A stretch of DNA of 64,000 nt from a virus: positions 1 through 64,000 of IMG/VR virus record IMGVR_UViG_3300028829_002760. One strand, written 5' to 3'. Under the pieces are notes generated by a model that did no database searches, had not been told where the DNA came from, and saw only the letters and a list, made by a program, of their open reading frames with translations. Numbering within the stretch: the first letter of the stretch is position 1; each line of letters begins with the position of its first letter. Positions 1-9,831 of the stretch are shown here, one piece after another. The position numbers were made by a program, and so were the translations under genes.

Positions 1-41
1 AAGATTTTTTATTGCTTCTATTAAAACCTGTTTATTATTCA

Positions 42-3000
42 TTATCTTATTGATAATTGATTTTTACTATTACTTAATTTTATAATCATATTTACATCAT
101 CACATTGTTCTCTTTTCAAATTTAAGAAGTTAAGGTAATGTCTAAACTTTTTTCTTTCTAATTCTGATTTATTATAATCTAAATTATCTGGATTAAGAAC
201 TCTTGTGTGTCCATCTTGAGATGTTACCCAAGTATTTTCAGATGCATAATTACCTTCTAATATAGTTGTACCTGGAACTAAAGGTCCTGTAGGAGGATAA
301 TTAGATCCTTCAGGGAATTCTGCACGATCTTTAGTTATATCCCAAAATTGATTAAATCTATACTTTTGCTCTTCTTTAGAATATAAAATATCATAAGAAG
401 CTAAGTTTCCATTTAACTTAGGATATTGTAATGATAAGTTTATATCATTTTTAGGATACAAGTTAAGATTTAAATATCCTGATACTTGTTCTGAGTTATA
501 TACTATAGCTTGATCAAAATTATAATCTAATACATGATGTTGATCAACACAATTTCCAGAACGTCTTCTATAGCACTCTAAGACATATTCTATAGATCTT
601 GTAGTCATTACATTTTGACCTGAGACAATTGGAAATTCTAACTCAACTCCAAATTGATTATCGTAGAAATTACAGAAACTATCACATAAGAAGTTATGTT
701 TCCATACAGTATTTAATTTAGTACTTAAGAATATATCTTTTGTAGGTAATAATAAATCTGGATGCCAATCATGGAAGCTAATCCAAAATTTATTTTTAGG
801 ATCATAACTAATTGTCCATGAAGCATCTTCAAAAATATATGAATCACCTAATTTATAAATAAGATTTCTATTTTTATCCAATTGAAAATAATCTCCTGTA
901 CCATCCGCGTTTACAGGAATATACTCTACTCTTCCTTTAAATTCATCTTTTAAATAGTAATCCTTCTTACAAAAGTACAGTACGGAATTAGAGCTGTCAT
1001 AAGTTGATTGACATCCTATACCAGCTACAGGATTATCTAAATATGGATAATCAGGAAAATCCTTAATTAATCTATATGGTAAATAAAGTAGAAACCACCA
1101 TTTCATCCCAGCTTGAGATATTTCTTGAAGTCCTTGACCATAAGTAAACACTCTTCCTTGGTTTTGTGAAATATAAAAAATTCCTGCTGGACATGATATT
1201 ACAGACAGTCTGTTCTGTGACGATCCATATTCATATGATGCATCTGCATTAGATACTGCTTGTTGTGGTTGACTAAATAAACCTCCGTCACCTAAAGTAA
1301 TTTTAGTATTTAAATCTGTTTCTAATGTATCAACACCTTGATACATAAGAGGAGATGCATTTTTAAATGTAATAAAAATACCACTTTTATTAATTGATTT
1401 AACACCAGATATTTGAGCTTGAAACTCTTTATAGTTATTAACTAGATAAATAAACCAACTATCCTTAACTGCCTCCTGTTGTTGAGGTAAAGAGTATATA
1501 ATCCTATCAGGATAATATGTATAACATAACTCAGCTACTTCAGGATCATAATATCTATTTTGAGTAAACCCTGATGAAAAATATTGATTAAATAACTTAG
1601 ATACACTTAATGAATAATCGTAAAGATATGCACTAAGTCTTCCCATTATATTAGGATCCATATTAAACATACTAGGATAATCTGTATAATTATATGGATT
1701 ATAATATTTTGCACCAGGAGAATCACTTTGCTTTCTAAAGTCTATAAGAACTTCTGATTCTACAAAAAAATCTCGAATACTAGAATTAGCTAAATAAAAA
1801 TAAGAATTTTTTACACCAAAAAATCCTGGATAGTTACCTTCAGAATCATCTGTATAATCATAATTTTTATTATCAAGATTGTAAAATGCTCTAGGAAATA
1901 CACCTGTTCCTGGTATACTTGGGCTAGAAAAATTTATTACTTCACCTAAAGCAGTTACGTCATATTTAATAGTATTTGGTTTAAACCTTGTATCAGGAAC
2001 CATACTATATAAAAAGTAATTAAATTCAAATCCATCTGGTTGACCAAATAAATAATTATTGAAAAAAATCATATTATTTTTTTCAGTATATCTATTTATA
2101 TAAGTATCACCGCCAAATATAATTGGACTTCTTGATATTTTAGTTAGATAATATTCTGTACTATCTAATGGGCAGTTATAATTAATTTCACCAATAGATT
2201 GAATTTTAGTTAGTTGTTGTTCACATGGTGTTGCAGATATTTGGAATTCACTACCTATCTGACCATACTGATTTCTAGCCTTTTCTTTTAATGCTCCATA
2301 ATGACTAGCAATACGTAAACTGTATGGTAAGTCTTTATCATCTTCATTAAATTTAGGTAGACCAGATGATGTTAAAAAAGCTGGATCACTTGTGTTATCC
2401 GTTATAGTACCTATAGTAACCAAAGATTTATCTTGAAATCCACTTTCAATTAAATGAGGTCCTATATTTACACCATTGGGATATGTAGCATCATAATAAG
2501 GTCCAGATTTTGTTCTTAAAACAACTGTATCAGATCTTCTTAAGTTATTTATTTTGTAACTGTAAAAATTACCTGTATTATCTTGATACTTTCTTACATC
2601 TTGAATATTATCTCTTATGTAAAAACTATCATCTACATTAAATCTTTTTAACTCACTATTAGAAATTTTAGACATTCCACCATAATATCCATGTGCAATA
2701 GATTGCAATCCATATTGTCTAAAAGGTAATATTGAATACATTAATTGAGCAATTATATCAGCACCTTCAGAAAAATAGAATACTAATTGATTTGCTGCAC
2801 CTAAAATTCTAAGTGGAAGTGGTAAATATGCATAAGCAGGAAATTCTATTGTACCAGATAAAGATACAGGTGCAGTTGCTCCTGTTGCTGCTGCTGCATT
2901 AATTGCTCCTGCTAAAGTTTGATCTGCTATACCAACAGATGTTGCTGGATAACCTCCTGTTATTGCAATAAATGCATCAGATATAGGTAGTAAACCAGTA

Positions 3001-5477
3001 ACATAATAAGCAGCAACAGCTGCATTATAAGCTACTGCTGATCCTGCTACTGCAGCAGACCCAGCAATCTGAGCTGCAAGAGCTGCATCTGATGGTCCTG
3101 GAGTAGCTGCACTAGTAAGTCCACCTGAAGCAATTTGAGGTTGGTTAAGTGTTCTTTTACCAATTGCAGATACTATAGCTTCAGCAAGACCACCAAGTAT
3201 CATAAGTAATGCTGTAATATCTGAAAGTAAAATATGTTTAGGATGACCATTAGGTTCTTGAAAATTTAGATCACCATAACCTTGTAAAGTACCATAGAGT
3301 TTAAACTCAGTTGTAGACAAGTATGGTATTCTAAACATAGTGTCTGGAGAATGAAATGTAAATATATCATTTGGTATAGATTGATTTATTACATTGTTAC
3401 TCTCGTTAACATTTTTAATATATGGATCATTATATAAATAATTATGATCTGAACTAGTTGTAGAAAATCCAATTGGTTTAATAGTATTAAAAGGATAGTT
3501 AGGATATAATCCTGTATAGCTTGTAGCTAATGTTCCTCTTAATTGATAGTCTCTCATATTATTAACCATACCTTTAGCAAGTATAGTTTTATTACCTTCT
3601 CTAGATCCTCTTAATATTTCATAACCTACAATACCTGGTATATCATTCCCGTCTTGATCTTTTGGTAAAGTTATATTTTCAAATATAACTCCCATAAGTC
3701 TTATAAAATATTGACCTGCTACACTTGTTAAATCTGGTTTAAAATGTAAAGCATCTGTAGTATTACTATTGTTTATATAACCTTCAGGAAATTTATGATG
3801 TCTTACATTTTTACCACATAAATCAAATGGTCCACTTAACTCACCTCCTGGTATTTGAGCTTCTAACCCTGTCCAGCAATATGAACTTGGGTTCCATATA
3901 TCAGGTCTATCATCAGGATACTCTTCTGTAGATTCCCAATAACCCATATCCCCTACTGCAAGTAATACACCTCCATCAGGAAGAGTCCAAGAACCAGATG
4001 TATTTAAAGTAGCCCCATCTAAAAATGTTGGGTATGATGATTGAGAAGCAGTATTATACATTTCAAATACTTTATCATCTGATCTTAGTCCATTGTCATC
4101 TACTACTTGTGCTGTTTCAAAAGCATTAGAGCCTCCAGGAATTTGAAAATCTTTAGGAGCTCTTCCAGGAATATGAAAAGATGCAGATTTATCACCTGTG
4201 TTATAAACCCATCTTATATAAAACGTATATACCTCATCTCTAAGATAATTTGTTTTATTACCACCATTTATATAATAGTCAGATGGATACTCTACTGCAG
4301 CCCACTTAACTTTAATAAGATTTGCTAACGGTTGATAATTAAAATCAAACTTAGATCTTGGACCCACACGTAATAAATAATTATTAACATCGGTCATTTG
4401 ATCAGAAGTTTCAAATATTGGTGTTTGAATAGGTAACTGTTCTAGCGGTACCTTAACTAATCTATTATCTATAGAGTCAATTGCAATTTTAGTAGTTTTA
4501 GTAGAATAATACCCGAACTGTGTTGCTACTGTTTGCTCATTTGTTGCAGAAACTATAACTAATTGATACTCATCAAAGTTTTCACCATCTAACTCTAAAT
4601 CTAATGTCAAAGATCCTTGTAAATCATTTACATTAAATATAAATTGATAATTACTTTGAGAAAAATAATCTGTTACTTTTTGACCTTTAATACTATATGC
4701 AATTAAAGCAAAATAAGTTCCATTTGGAAGAGTTCCTCCCGATTGACCTAATGTTAAATTTAAACAAGGTGTATTCATTAATCTTGCTAACCTTGTATCT
4801 TCACAATTTAATGAATTAGTAGGTTCGATAAAAAAACAATCATCAACTTCACTTTCAATTTCATTCCATTGAACATTTGGCCATAATAGTTTATCAGTAC
4901 CGTTAAAATAATAATTTAAATCAGTTTGACCTATCCACGAGTACTCACTTGATGGCCATTTTTTAGAATCTCCTACATTTAAGTATCTATCAGGATTAAA
5001 TCCGTCTGCCCAATATACTTTCCAAGTACAATCTTCTGCTTCTCTAGAAGCTCCTGATATTAGATATCTTTTGTCAAAATTTAAACAAGGATCTTGAACA
5101 ATCTCTCTATATTTACATATATCTTCTTCTAACAATCCTATTTCAGAAGATATTCTTTCTCCTGTATCATTATGACCTACAGTATATATTATCCATTTAT
5201 CTGAGTACAAGTATATTGCACCAATAATATATTTTTGAGTTGCTAATGCTGGCATTGTACTACCTGCTGTACCACATAAAAAATTAGAAGATTCATTTGA
5301 TAATGTACTTACATCACCTTCTCTAGTATTGTTTACAATGTTTATAGCATGTGTCCACATACCTGGAGACACAAAAGAAGGGTCGGAATCTTTATTTAAC
5401 CCTTTAGTAAAAGAGTTAGTTATTATCTCAGAGGTGTTCTGAAGTCCTTGATTTTTAGGTGCTTTTTTTTTGGCCAT
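42..5477 (-). CDS. Tail stabilisation/muzzle protein (crAss-like, P22 gp10-like position)
   Basis: 1811 aa; N-terminal FTKGLNKD motif, YLRDEVYTFYI and WISFHDW segments typical of crAss-like stabiliser; follows tubular-type gene. Confidence 0.7.
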   Translation of the reverse strand: MAKKKAPKNQGLQNTSEIITNSFTKGLNKDSDPSFVSPGMWTHAINIVNNTREGDVSTLSNESSNFLCGTAGSTMPALATQKYIIGAIYLYSDKWIIYTVGHNDTGERISSEIGLLEEDICKYREIVQDPCLNFDKRYLISGASREAEDCTWKVYWADGFNPDRYLNVGDSKKWPSSEYSWIGQTDLNYYFNGTDKLLWPNVQWNEIESEVDDCFFIEPTNSLNCEDTRLARLMNTPCLNLTLGQSGGTLPNGTYFALIAYSIKGQKVTDYFSQSNYQFIFNVNDLQGSLTLDLELDGENFDEYQLVIVSATNEQTVATQFGYYSTKTTKIAIDSIDNRLVKVPLEQLPIQTPIFETSDQMTDVNNYLLRVGPRSKFDFNYQPLANLIKVKWAAVEYPSDYYINGGNKTNYLRDEVYTFYIRWVYNTGDKSASFHIPGRAPKDFQIPGGSNAFETAQVVDDNGLRSDDKVFEMYNTASQSSYPTFLDGATLNTSGSWTLPDGGVLLAVGDMGYWESTEEYPDDRPDIWNPSSYCWTGLEAQIPGGELSGPFDLCGKNVRHHKFPEGYINNSNTTDALHFKPDLTSVAGQYFIRLMGVIFENITLPKDQDGNDIPGIVGYEILRGSREGNKTILAKGMVNNMRDYQLRGTLATSYTGLYPNYPFNTIKPIGFSTTSSDHNYLYNDPYIKNVNESNNVINQSIPNDIFTFHSPDTMFRIPYLSTTEFKLYGTLQGYGDLNFQEPNGHPKHILLSDITALLMILGGLAEAIVSAIGKRTLNQPQIASGGLTSAATPGPSDAALAAQIAGSAAVAGSAVAYNAAVAAYYVTGLLPISDAFIAITGGYPATSVGIADQTLAGAINAAAATGATAPVSLSGTIEFPAYAYLPLPLRILGAANQLVFYFSEGADIIAQLMYSILPFRQYGLQSIAHGYYGGMSKISNSELKRFNVDDSFYIRDNIQDVRKYQDNTGNFYSYKINNLRRSDTVVLRTKSGPYYDATYPNGVNIGPHLIESGFQDKSLVTIGTITDNTSDPAFLTSSGLPKFNEDDKDLPYSLRIASHYGALKEKARNQYGQIGSEFQISATPCEQQLTKIQSIGEINYNCPLDSTEYYLTKISRSPIIFGGDTYINRYTEKNNMIFFNNYLFGQPDGFEFNYFLYSMVPDTRFKPNTIKYDVTALGEVINFSSPSIPGTGVFPRAFYNLDNKNYDYTDDSEGNYPGFFGVKNSYFYLANSSIRDFFVESEVLIDFRKQSDSPGAKYYNPYNYTDYPSMFNMDPNIMGRLSAYLYDYSLSVSKLFNQYFSSGFTQNRYYDPEVAELCYTYYPDRIIYSLPQQQEAVKDSWFIYLVNNYKEFQAQISGVKSINKSGIFITFKNASPLMYQGVDTLETDLNTKITLGDGGLFSQPQQAVSNADASYEYGSSQNRLSVISCPAGIFYISQNQGRVFTYGQGLQEISQAGMKWWFLLYLPYRLIKDFPDYPYLDNPVAGIGCQSTYDSSNSVLYFCKKDYYLKDEFKGRVEYIPVNADGTGDYFQLDKNRNLIYKLGDSYIFEDASWTISYDPKNKFWISFHDWHPDLLLPTKDIFLSTKLNTVWKHNFLCDSFCNFYDNQFGVELEFPIVSGQNVMTTRSIEYVLECYRRRSGNCVDQHHVLDYNFDQAIVYNSEQVSGYLNLNLYPKNDINLSLQYPKLNGNLASYDILYSKEEQKYRFNQFWDITKDRAEFPEGSNYPPTGPLVPGTTILEGNYASENTWVTSQDGHTRVLNPDNLDYNKSELERKKFRHYLNFLNLKREQCDDVNMIIKLSNSKNQLSIR

Positions 5478-5478
5478 T

Positions 5479-6471
5479 TTAGAGTACTCTATTATTACTA
5501 TTTCTTCTACCTAAATTTGGTGAATAACTCATAAACATATCATAATATTTACCATACATTGCTTTACGATTTGCTAACCACATATCCTTTAACTCAGTAA
5601 AGTTTGGAGTATTAACCAGACTTAATGCATTATTTCTAGCACCTCTTAACCTTTGCTCAACAAGTTGAATTCTTTGAGATACATTTTCCCCATTCAAAAA
5701 TAAATTTTCAAATATTCTAGATTTTAATGCATACTCATAATATTCATTAAGCAGTTCATGATCAGGAACTAATAAGTTCCCATCATTATCTGACATATCT
5801 CCTTGGTAATTTAAATATACTTTACCATCATTAAATGTTGTAAATAAAAATCCATTTTTAATCCAACCTTCATCAGCAGTATTATAGTATAAGTTTGGAC
5901 ACTCACACTCAATACTTTGACTAGCTTTCATTTTTAATGGTTTTGTATAACCAGACTTTTTTACTGTACTAGAGTTAATTACTTGTATAAGTTCATAGGG
6001 CTCGTTTTTACAATTTAAAAACACCCTAGGTTTTTGTGAGCTATCTCCATATGGTTTATGAGGATTATGAGTTATACATATTCCTTCTTTACCTTCAAAA
6101 CAACATGTATTATCTGGAGGACACCCACACTCTACACTTTGATTAGGCCAATCTGTGTATGGTACTTCTTGAATATTTGTACCAGAAGCATATCCATCAT
6201 ATCCAACAACCTCTTTAAAGTCTCCACAGATTAATGCATAATTAAATGTATAAAAATCATCTGGTAGCTTTACTTTACCATGTGTAACATCTAATATAAC
6301 TTCCTTAGTTTGATTTATCCTAAGTCCTAAATCATAATTAATTTTTCTAACAAGCTTGATAAGCTGTTGAGGCTCAATCATATTTTCTAGAGCAAATGTG
6401 TATAAATCTACAGTTACATCTTCTAAAAGTTGATCAAATGTTCTATATTTAAGTGTGTAATTATAATCCAT
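5479..6471 (-). CDS. Tail tubular/ring protein
   Basis: 330 aa; KLPDDF and VYLNY...DNDGNLLVPD motifs; position next to stabiliser. Confidence 0.6.
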   Translation of the reverse strand: MDYNYTLKYRTFDQLLEDVTVDLYTFALENMIEPQQLIKLVRKINYDLGLRINQTKEVILDVTHGKVKLPDDFYTFNYALICGDFKEVVGYDGYASGTNIQEVPYTDWPNQSVECGCPPDNTCCFEGKEGICITHNPHKPYGDSSQKPRVFLNCKNEPYELIQVINSSTVKKSGYTKPLKMKASQSIECECPNLYYNTADEGWIKNGFLFTTFNDGKVYLNYQGDMSDNDGNLLVPDHELLNEYYEYALKSRIFENLFLNGENVSQRIQLVEQRLRGARNNALSLVNTPNFTELKDMWLANRKAMYGKYYDMFMSYSPNLGRRNSNNRVL

Positions 6472-6608
6472 TACTTTTTCTTTTTTCTTTTACGTACACA
6501 ATTATTAACCATTTTTACTTTACCACTTTTAGTTTTTTTACCACTAGGTGATTTCTTTTTTCCTTTAGCAACATAACCTTTCCAACATTTATTTTTTTTA
6601 GTTGCCAT
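6471..6608 (-). CDS. Small basic 45-aa peptide with CWKGY...NNCV motif (not in ORF track)
   Basis: MATKKNKCWKGYVAKGKKKSPSGKKTKSGKVKMVNNCVRKRKKKK; TAATG overlaps with both neighbouring genes. Confidence 0.75.
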   Translation of the reverse strand: MATKKNKCWKGYVAKGKKKSPSGKKTKSGKVKMVNNCVRKRKKKK

Positions 6609-7279
6609 TACCTAAGAACATTTTGACTATCATCAGCACCATCTGCTGGTACTTTTATAGCCATAGTTAATTCCTGTATTACAAACTGCTCTACTTCAGA
6701 GAATAAATATTCTGGAAATGGGAGAGGGTCATCTTGTCTAACTAAACACTTATCGTCTTCATCACATGTATATGCAGAAGTATCTCCCTCAAAGATTGCT
6801 TCAACTTTAATAGCATCCCAATCTACATTGGGGATATATAAGTATCCATTTAAATACCAAAAATATGGTCGTTTATTATACTTAAAGGTTGTAGATTTAG
6901 TCATAGAAACCCAAGTACCTGGATCAGTTCTAAACATTTCTATACCACCGTCAATAGAAGAAACAGTTCTAATTACGGGCCCTAATGCACCATCAAATAT
7001 AGTTGGAAGTTTTTCTTTTGTTCTTTTAAAGTAACATCCTGAAAATATACCTATACAACCAGCATCTACTTTATCTACATCAATAAGTTCTACATAAGGA
7101 AGTGTTCTAAATATTGAACTAATCTTCATTAATCTAAACTGATTATCTTCTCTTTTTAAAAGTGATTGTCCGTACTTAATTAAAGAATAATAAATTGTTC
7201 TGTCTGTTAGAAAGGGATCTTCCTTAACAGCTTTAAGTGTATTTCTTACTCTAGATATAGCTTCTCCAATTGTTGTCAT
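6608..7279 (-). CDS. Tail ring-like structural protein
   Basis: 223 aa; YFWYLNGYLY and DDPLPFPEYL motifs; within tail operon. Confidence 0.55.
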   Translation of the reverse strand: MTTIGEAISRVRNTLKAVKEDPFLTDRTIYYSLIKYGQSLLKREDNQFRLMKISSIFRTLPYVELIDVDKVDAGCIGIFSGCYFKRTKEKLPTIFDGALGPVIRTVSSIDGGIEMFRTDPGTWVSMTKSTTFKYNKRPYFWYLNGYLYIPNVDWDAIKVEAIFEGDTSAYTCDEDDKCLVRQDDPLPFPEYLFSEVEQFVIQELTMAIKVPADGADDSQNVLR

Positions 7280-7857
7280 ATATCAAATTCATTATAATTT
7301 TTTAAAGCCTTATCTTGAGACTTTTTTAAAAAATCTTTATACATTGCACTATTATAAACTTTATCTATCTTAGCTCCTGGTAATACTTCAACATACATAT
7401 TCCAGTTTTCAGGATATGATTTAGCTACTGCTCTTTTAAACTCTCTACATGCAGTAAATCCCCAAAACTCTCTATTTTTCATTTTAAGTTTAGGAGCATA
7501 ATTAGATAAAAATATCTTAGCTAACTTACCGTCAGTTTCCCAATTTTTATTACTTACACTTACACCATACTTTTGGGATTTACCATAGTCAATATTTTTT
7601 TTCTTGCTCTTTTGACATGTACCAATAAAAATCCAACCAAGTTGTTCTGGTAATTGTACACCATCTCTAGTGTCTATTACAGTTTGACATAAGACTTGAT
7701 TAAATCTCTTTATCATCCGTCTAATCAATTTACTATCTAGATTTTTATATCTAGGGTGTGCTTGTTTAAAGTTTTCAAAGAACTCTTTGTCTAAAATAGT
7801 GTTAACTTGAGGTCTATACCTCGAAGCTTTTACATTTGGGTTATTAAATTCCTTCAT
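7276..7857 (-). CDS. IHF/HU-like DNA-binding protein
   Basis: Basic protein; GVQLPEQLGWIFI beta-arm and FTACREFKR; IHF-like genes lie in crAss-like tail modules. Confidence 0.55.
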   Translation of the reverse strand: MKEFNNPNVKASRYRPQVNTILDKEFFENFKQAHPRYKNLDSKLIRRMIKRFNQVLCQTVIDTRDGVQLPEQLGWIFIGTCQKSKKKNIDYGKSQKYGVSVSNKNWETDGKLAKIFLSNYAPKLKMKNREFWGFTACREFKRAVAKSYPENWNMYVEVLPGAKIDKVYNSAMYKDFLKKSQDKALKNYNEFDI

Positions 7858-7895
7858 AATAATATACTAAAAATTTGTGACTAAAGCAAATATAC

Positions 7896-7965
7896 GAAAA
7901 AACAAAACCCCCACTAGTGTGAGGGTATTTGCTTGTCTGTCACAGAAACCAACAAACCTGTAACA
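7896..7965 (-). ncRNA. Candidate sRNA/3'UTR element: hairpin with UUUGUUGGUU loop followed by a terminator
   Basis: Minus strand UGUUACAGG-UUUGUUGGUU-UCUGUGACA (9 bp, 2 G-U) at 7938-7965, then hairpin and U-tract at about 7896-7930. Confidence 0.5.
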
Positions 7966-7983
7966 TATTATCTTATTACTCTA

Positions 7984-9798
7984 TTACCCTATTACTGTTA
8001 CTTTAACATTAATTAGAAGACCTCCACTTAAATCAGTAATTGAAATCTGATTAGCGCTATCTAATTGTATACTGTAATCAATACCTTGAGTAAATACTTG
8101 AAATGGGAGTGGAAGACCATTAGATGCTACTGTTACACTAAGAGCATTAGTATTTAGATTATGGATAAATGGTACTGTTGCAGCTGCACCAATAGTAGTA
8201 GTTACAGATTCAAATTTAGCAACATCAGCTACAATTGAAAGAGTATCAGCAGCAGTTGCGTCAGTAGTAATACCTTTACCACCAGAAACTGTTAAGGTGT
8301 CTGTAAGACTACTTGCAGTAGTTGTACCTGAATCACCAGTAATACTTTCATATACATTAGCATCATTAACTAGAGGGTTAGCTGGTAAACCAGTTCCTGT
8401 AAGACCTGCTCCAACTGTTACACCTGCCCAATCAATTTCTAATGTTGCTACACCAGGAGCACCAGTAATTGCTGTTGTAATTGCAGAACCTACTGCACCA
8501 ACAATTTCTAAAGAATCAGTTACACTACCTGCTGCTACATTACCTGCATCACCAGCTACATTTGAGTAAATTGATGTAATATCACAATCAACTACAATTG
8601 TATTAGGTGAAGGAACACTTACAGAAATCTCAGCACCTCCAACTAAAGTTAGAGTGTCTGTATTAGTAGTTGCAACAGCTGTTCCTACAGATGGACCACC
8701 ATCATTATTACAATCTACAGTTCCAAAGATTAATTGAGTAGAACCTGGGTCAGTGTTAAGTAATTGAAAATTTGCATCTGTACCAGTACCACTAAGAATT
8801 GCACTAATACCATCACCACCAGCAGAAACTGTTGCTGGGTTTGCAAGAATTCTTAGAATTGCACTTCCTGAAGTTGGTGTAACATTAAATCCAGCAAAAT
8901 CAATTAATTCAAACCATCTATTTGGATCAGAAAATAAGTTTTCAATTTCAAGTTGATAAGTAGCAGGATTATAATTTAATGCAATACCAGGCCCTTCAAT
9001 TAAACCTGGACCTACATTTCCTGGAGCGTATATAACACTCTCCATAATCCAGTTAGTCATTTCAGTTTCATCAATAGTGATGTCAAATGTTCTAAGGAAG
9101 TTAGCTCCTGATCCACCTGGAGATGTTACAGTTGAAATCAACCTTACATCTGTTGCATCTACAGTAACTTGATCAACATCTAGTTGCCATGTAGTATCAC
9201 CTGCATTTGGAGTATTTGGAATTTCTAAAATAGAAATATATCCAAATAATGAATTAAGTTCTGTTTCAGGTAAAAGTGTAGCATCAATACCGATAGTGTA
9301 AGTAGTTTCATATGGACCAGGTGTTGATGGATCTACAATTAATGTTAATGCAGAAGCTGCATCTACAGCTACTATACTTTCATTAGCATTTACTACATAA
9401 GGAGTTAATGCAGTACCGTCACCAGTTACAACAACATTATCACCTGCAGTTACTTGAGATGCTGAAGGTAATTCAGCTGGATCTAAGCTTAAGCTATAAG
9501 TTGTTACAGAACCTACTACAATAGTATCTACTAAAATAGCAGCATCAGTTGATTCTACTACAGTAGTTGGGATAACTAATGAGTCAAATCTGCTACAGAA
9601 ATAATTAATAATTTTTGTAACTATAGTATCCATATAGTCATAACGACTAATAACTGTGTCATCACCACATGTTACATCTGTTCCTGTATATACAATGCAT
9701 TGAGCATTGAATACCTCCGTACAGGAAGGAGGACATGGTGCAGTAACAGTATAACTGTTGTTACATCCACAATTTTGATTACAATTTGAAGTTGCCAT
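7984..9798 (-). CDS. Tail fibre/structural protein
   Basis: 604 aa Thr/Gly/Val-rich with repeated D(T/S)L(T/E)xxG units; Cys-rich N-terminus CIVYTG; C-terminal HNLNT motif. Confidence 0.6.
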   Translation of the reverse strand: MATSNCNQNCGCNNSYTVTAPCPPSCTEVFNAQCIVYTGTDVTCGDDTVISRYDYMDTIVTKIINYFCSRFDSLVIPTTVVESTDAAILVDTIVVGSVTTYSLSLDPAELPSASQVTAGDNVVVTGDGTALTPYVVNANESIVAVDAASALTLIVDPSTPGPYETTYTIGIDATLLPETELNSLFGYISILEIPNTPNAGDTTWQLDVDQVTVDATDVRLISTVTSPGGSGANFLRTFDITIDETEMTNWIMESVIYAPGNVGPGLIEGPGIALNYNPATYQLEIENLFSDPNRWFELIDFAGFNVTPTSGSAILRILANPATVSAGGDGISAILSGTGTDANFQLLNTDPGSTQLIFGTVDCNNDGGPSVGTAVATTNTDTLTLVGGAEISVSVPSPNTIVVDCDITSIYSNVAGDAGNVAAGSVTDSLEIVGAVGSAITTAITGAPGVATLEIDWAGVTVGAGLTGTGLPANPLVNDANVYESITGDSGTTTASSLTDTLTVSGGKGITTDATAADTLSIVADVAKFESVTTTIGAAATVPFIHNLNTNALSVTVASNGLPLPFQVFTQGIDYSIQLDSANQISITDLSGGLLINVKVTVIG

Positions 9799-9831
9799 TT
9801 TTATTTATTTTAATTATATATATATACTTTA

